This document shows positions 60,470 through 64,000 of a stretch of DNA of 64,000 nt, one piece after another. The number at the start of each line of letters is the position of its first letter. Position 1 is the stretch's first letter. The stretch covers positions 1,024,001 to 1,088,000 of the forward strand of contig CAXWPL010000005.1 in the NCBI GenBank assembly GCA_963666215.2, written 5' to 3'. The notes below the pieces were generated by a model. It did not search any database. It was given only the letters and a program-made list of their open reading frames with translations, and was not told where the DNA came from. The translations under genes and the position numbers were made by a program. The DNA comes from Acidobacteriota bacterium. Its GTDB lineage: Bacteria; Acidobacteriota; UBA890; WLXD01.

Positions 60470-63039
60470 GAAGTGGCCGAACACCCACGAGCGCGGCGGT
60501 TTTGTTGACGCGTCGCAAAGCGCTGCTTCGGGCGCAACGCCCAACGCTGCTCGCGGCGCATGGCACGGCGATGCTCTCGCTACTGCTCGCGGCCTGTAGT
60601 ACGCCCACGGAGCGGCCAGCGCGGCTCGACACAAGCTCCGTGCTCATCTGGGAGTTGGCGTCGACACTGGCCAGCCCGGTGCCCACGGTGGCGCCCACAA
60701 CAATCGATCCGCGTGCCGAGGAGGTGCACTGGTCGTACGGACCCGGATGGGAGGCCTACGGCGGACGCCAGACCATCGTTGATGGCATCTGGGCCCAAGG
60801 CACGGAGGCAACCCTGCGCTTTCTCAGCGCAGTCGACGGCGGCCGCATCGAGCTGAGCACCGAGATCCAACCGCAACCGTGGCCCGACGGTAGCGCCCAG
60901 CGAGTCGCCTTCGAGATCAACGGCTTCAACGCCGGGAACCTGGAGCTCAGCGCTGGTTGGGAGAGGTATCGACTGCGCTTGTCGGGCGAGCACGTTCGCG
61001 TTGGCCGCAACCGGCTGGTTTTCCGCTTCGCCTACGCACACCCGCCGCCGGACGAGGCCGAGGGCGAGAACATCCGCCTGCTTGCTGCCCGGTTCCGCAC
61101 CATCGAGCTGGCCCTGGAGGGGCGTGGAGCGTGGTCTGAGAGACCGAGCACGATCCGAGCGCCAACGGCTGTCCTGGGAGCACCCGGGCCGCTGGCAACG
61201 GCCGAGCCGGCCGGCGCCGTGGAGATGCCGACCGGCTCGTACCTCGATCGCACAGTAGACGTGCCACCGGGGGCGGAGCTCGTCGGCACGGTCGAGCTCG
61301 ATCGCGCCCGATGGCTGGAGCTGGGGAGAGCCTGGGCAACCATCGAGATTCTCGAGGCGGGCGAGACGGGCGAAGCGGCTGCGCCGAGGGATCCCGACGA
61401 GCCGGCCGGAACGACGCGGGGCCAGCGGGGGCGGTCTTCTCGTCGGCTGCCGCTGACGAACGAGCTGTTCTCGGTGCCGCTGCTCGGCTACGAGTCGCCG
61501 CTACCTCTCCGTCTCGACCTGGGTGCGTGGGCAGATCGCTCGGTGGTGCTGCGACTGCGGGCTCACGGAAGCTTGACCGGGGTTTTGATTTGGCGCGGGG
61601 TCGGGCTGGTGACCGGTGGGGACATCGCCAAAGAGCCCGCCCCTGCACCGAAGGGACCCGCCGCAGCCGAAACGGCCGCGCGCGCGGCGGTCAGATCGTC
61701 GCCCAGTATTTCACCCGGCGGTCTCGGTCAACCGGACATCGTCTTCGTGCTACTCGACGCCGCACGGCCCGACGCCTTCTCGACGTTTGGCGGTGTCGCC
61801 TCGACTCCCAACATCGACGCGCTCGCGGCCGCGGGCACGCGGTTCGACCGCGCCTATTCGCCTTCGTCCTGGACCGGTCAATCGATCGCGTCGCTGCTCA
61901 CCGGCCACTACCCCGAGTCGCTTGGTGTCACGTCGTTCGCCGATCGTCTGCTGCCGCGCTACGGAACGATTCCCGAAATTCTGTCGCACGCGGGCTACCG
62001 AACCGTCCTCTGGTCGGATCAGCCGATCTACCACAGCGCCTGGTATCGGCGCCGATTCGACAGCTCGACTGTTGTCGAAACCAAGGCCCCGAGAACGCTC
62101 ATCGAGCAACTGCCCGCGGCCTCCGAGCTGTTCCTTGGCCAGCGTCCAACAACCGACTCTCCGAGAAGACCCGCCGCCGACACGACGAGCGCTGTGCTCG
62201 ACAGCCAGCCCACCTTCGCTCTTCTGCACATCGTCCCGCCACACTTCCCCTACGAGCCGCCCGCGCCCTTCCGTGGCCTGCTCACGCGCCCCGACGCCGA
62301 CCCGCGCCTGACGTCGGCAACGTACCTCCACGGCTTCCGCCGCGCTCCGTCGCGCCCTGGACCGACGGCTGCTGAGCTGGCGCATATCGTCGCGAGATAT
62401 CGCGAGAACGCCATGTACGCCGACGCGATCGTTGGCGCCATCGTCGAGGAGCTGCGCGACGCCAACCGGTACGACGAAACGCTCATCGTGCTCATGTCCG
62501 ACCACGGCGAGGCGTTCTTCGAGCACGGGATGTTCCTGCACACCTGGACGCTCTACGAGGAGATGATCCGCGTGCCGCTCATCGTCAAGTGGCCAGCCTC
62601 CTATCGCCCCCGAACCCACGCGTCTCAGGCCGGCGCCGTCGACACGCCCGTGAGCTTGGTCGACCTTCTGCCCACGTTGATCGACGTTGTAGACGATCTC
62701 GACGCCACCGATCTGAGACGCGCCCGTGGGCTACCGGGCCTGAGCCTGGTGCCGATCGCGTTCAACGGCGACGCGCCCGATCGCGGCATCTTCGTCTCCA
62801 CGAGTGGCCGTGATCTCCCCAACCTGGCGTTGATGCCGCTGGCGGCCTGGATTCGGAATGGAAGCAAGATCATCGTCGATCCGCGATCCGATTGGGCCGA
62901 GTTGTACGACCTCGCAGGCGATCCCGGCGAACAGGACGACTTGGCGAGTCGAGCGCCCGTCAAAACGCAGCAGCTTCTCGAGGAGCTGCAAGCCGTGCGA
63001 GCGATCGCCGCACGGCAGCGCAACGACGGTCAGCTCTAG
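60466..63039 (+). CDS. Lipoprotein sulfatase-like hydrolase/transferase with N-terminal beta domains
   Basis: Lipobox LAAC, LLDAARPD, TPNID, SSWTGQSIASLLTG, PHFPY, SDHGE, H..TLYEE..RVPL and ELYDL..DPGE. Confidence 0.85.
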   Translation: MRSGRTPTSAAVLLTRRKALLRAQRPTLLAAHGTAMLSLLLAACSTPTERPARLDTSSVLIWELASTLASPVPTVAPTTIDPRAEEVHWSYGPGWEAYGGRQTIVDGIWAQGTEATLRFLSAVDGGRIELSTEIQPQPWPDGSAQRVAFEINGFNAGNLELSAGWERYRLRLSGEHVRVGRNRLVFRFAYAHPPPDEAEGENIRLLAARFRTIELALEGRGAWSERPSTIRAPTAVLGAPGPLATAEPAGAVEMPTGSYLDRTVDVPPGAELVGTVELDRARWLELGRAWATIEILEAGETGEAAAPRDPDEPAGTTRGQRGRSSRRLPLTNELFSVPLLGYESPLPLRLDLGAWADRSVVLRLRAHGSLTGVLIWRGVGLVTGGDIAKEPAPAPKGPAAAETAARAAVRSSPSISPGGLGQPDIVFVLLDAARPDAFSTFGGVASTPNIDALAAAGTRFDRAYSPSSWTGQSIASLLTGHYPESLGVTSFADRLLPRYGTIPEILSHAGYRTVLWSDQPIYHSAWYRRRFDSSTVVETKAPRTLIEQLPAASELFLGQRPTTDSPRRPAADTTSAVLDSQPTFALLHIVPPHFPYEPPAPFRGLLTRPDADPRLTSATYLHGFRRAPSRPGPTAAELAHIVARYRENAMYADAIVGAIVEELRDANRYDETLIVLMSDHGEAFFEHGMFLHTWTLYEEMIRVPLIVKWPASYRPRTHASQAGAVDTPVSLVDLLPTLIDVVDDLDATDLRRARGLPGLSLVPIAFNGDAPDRGIFVSTSGRDLPNLALMPLAAWIRNGSKIIVDPRSDWAELYDLAGDPGEQDDLASRAPVKTQQLLEELQAVRAIAARQRNDGQL

Positions 63040-63098
63040 GGTCGCATCGCCGGACAACAAGAACGAGAGAGACAGCCGCAGCCGGCGCTCGGCGAACT

Positions 63099-64000
63099 CT
63101 AGCCCGCCATGCGTCGCAGGACGTTGTGGAGAATCCCGCCGTGGCGGTAGTACTCGACCTCGACCGGCGTATCGACGCGGGCGATCGTGGTGAACTCCGT
63201 AACGTCGCCGTCGGCGTTGGTGGCCCGCACCGCGATCTTCTGTTTTGGCTCGAGCTCGTCCGAGAGATCGATATCGAACACTTCCCTGCCGTCGAGCCCA
63301 AGCTTGTCGGCACTCTCGCCGTCCTCGAAGGTCAGCGGAATGACGCCCATGCCCACCAAGTTCGATCGGTGGATGCGCTCGTAGGACGTCGCGATCACGG
63401 CGCGAACGCCGAGCAGCAGCGTCCCCTTCGCCGCCCAGTCGCGCGATGAGCCCATGCCGTAGTCCTTGCCTGCCAGGACTACGAGCGGTGTGCCGACCTT
63501 GGCGTAGCTCAGGCTGGCCTCGTAGATGCTCTTGACCTCGCCGTCGGTAAAATCGGTCGACCAGCCACCCTCGGTATCGGGAGCCAGCTGGTTGCGCACG
63601 CGCACGTTGGCGAAAGTGCCCCGCGTCATCACGTTGTGATTGCCGCGCCGCGAGCCATAGCTGTTGAACATCGGCCGCTCGACCCCGTTCTCCGCCAGGT
63701 AGCGTCCGGCGGGAGTGTCGGACCCAATCGCCCCGGCGGGCGAGATGTGATCGGTGGTGACCGAATCCCCAACCTTGACCAAACAGCGGGCAGCGCGAAT
63801 GGGCCGAATGGGCGCCGGCTCCCGCGACATTTCCTGAAAGAACGTCGGCTCCTGGATATAGGTCGAGCTCGCCGACCACGGATAGATCGCCTCTGAGGTG
63901 GCTTCGATGGCGCGCCATTCGTCGCTGCCCTCGAAGACGTTGGAGTACTTCTCGACGAACTGCTCGCGGGTCACGCAGCGCGCAATTGTCTCGTCGATCT
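63099..64000 (-). CDS. acnA: Aconitate hydratase A, 3' part
   Basis: Motifs GDSVTTDHISPAG, SYGSRRGNH, RGTFAN, YGMGSSRDWAAKG, ERIHRSNL and YYRHGGIL. Confidence 0.96.
   Translation of the reverse strand, partial: IDETIARCVTREQFVEKYSNVFEGSDEWRAIEATSEAIYPWSASSTYIQEPTFFQEMSREPAPIRPIRAARCLVKVGDSVTTDHISPAGAIGSDTPAGRYLAENGVERPMFNSYGSRRGNHNVMTRGTFANVRVRNQLAPDTEGGWSTDFTDGEVKSIYEASLSYAKVGTPLVVLAGKDYGMGSSRDWAAKGTLLLGVRAVIATSYERIHRSNLVGMGVIPLTFEDGESADKLGLDGREVFDIDLSDELEPKQKIAVRATNADGDVTEFTTIARVDTPVEVEYYRHGGILHNVLRRMAG

Overview
High-GC bacterial window, probably Acidobacteriota or a similar lineage, judged from the PadR + ADOP-type duplicated permease pair and the many secreted S9 peptidases, BNR-repeat and sulfatase-like proteins. 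The left 11.5 kb is an amino-acid biosynthesis island: tetR-leuA-leuC-leuD-leuB on the minus strand, divergent from a SAM-I riboswitch operon metX-metB-ask (no ACT domain)-asd-pheA. The rest is a mosaic of housekeeping and envelope genes: gdhA with a receiver/PPDK_N protein, dsbA, surE, a DedA + MerA-like pair, ligD, a desaturase, SCO with a cytochrome c-PCuAC fusion, a methyltransferase/GT-C/sulfatase-like cluster, and partial acnA. There are at least four abrupt gene truncations, two single-base frameshifts and two MITE-like remnants. The strongest unexplained signal is at 50.8-51.1 kb. A stand-alone AraC DNA-binding-domain gene is followed by a 21-bp-periodic direct repeat, a -10 box and two tandem copies of a structured element. 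The two copies share one fold with covarying stems and an invariant exposed GGUCUCCCGGCU bulge, making this a candidate undescribed AraC-activated two-domain small RNA. No CRISPR array, rRNA, tRNA or intact transposase was seen. All calls come from motif reading by eye; no searches were run.
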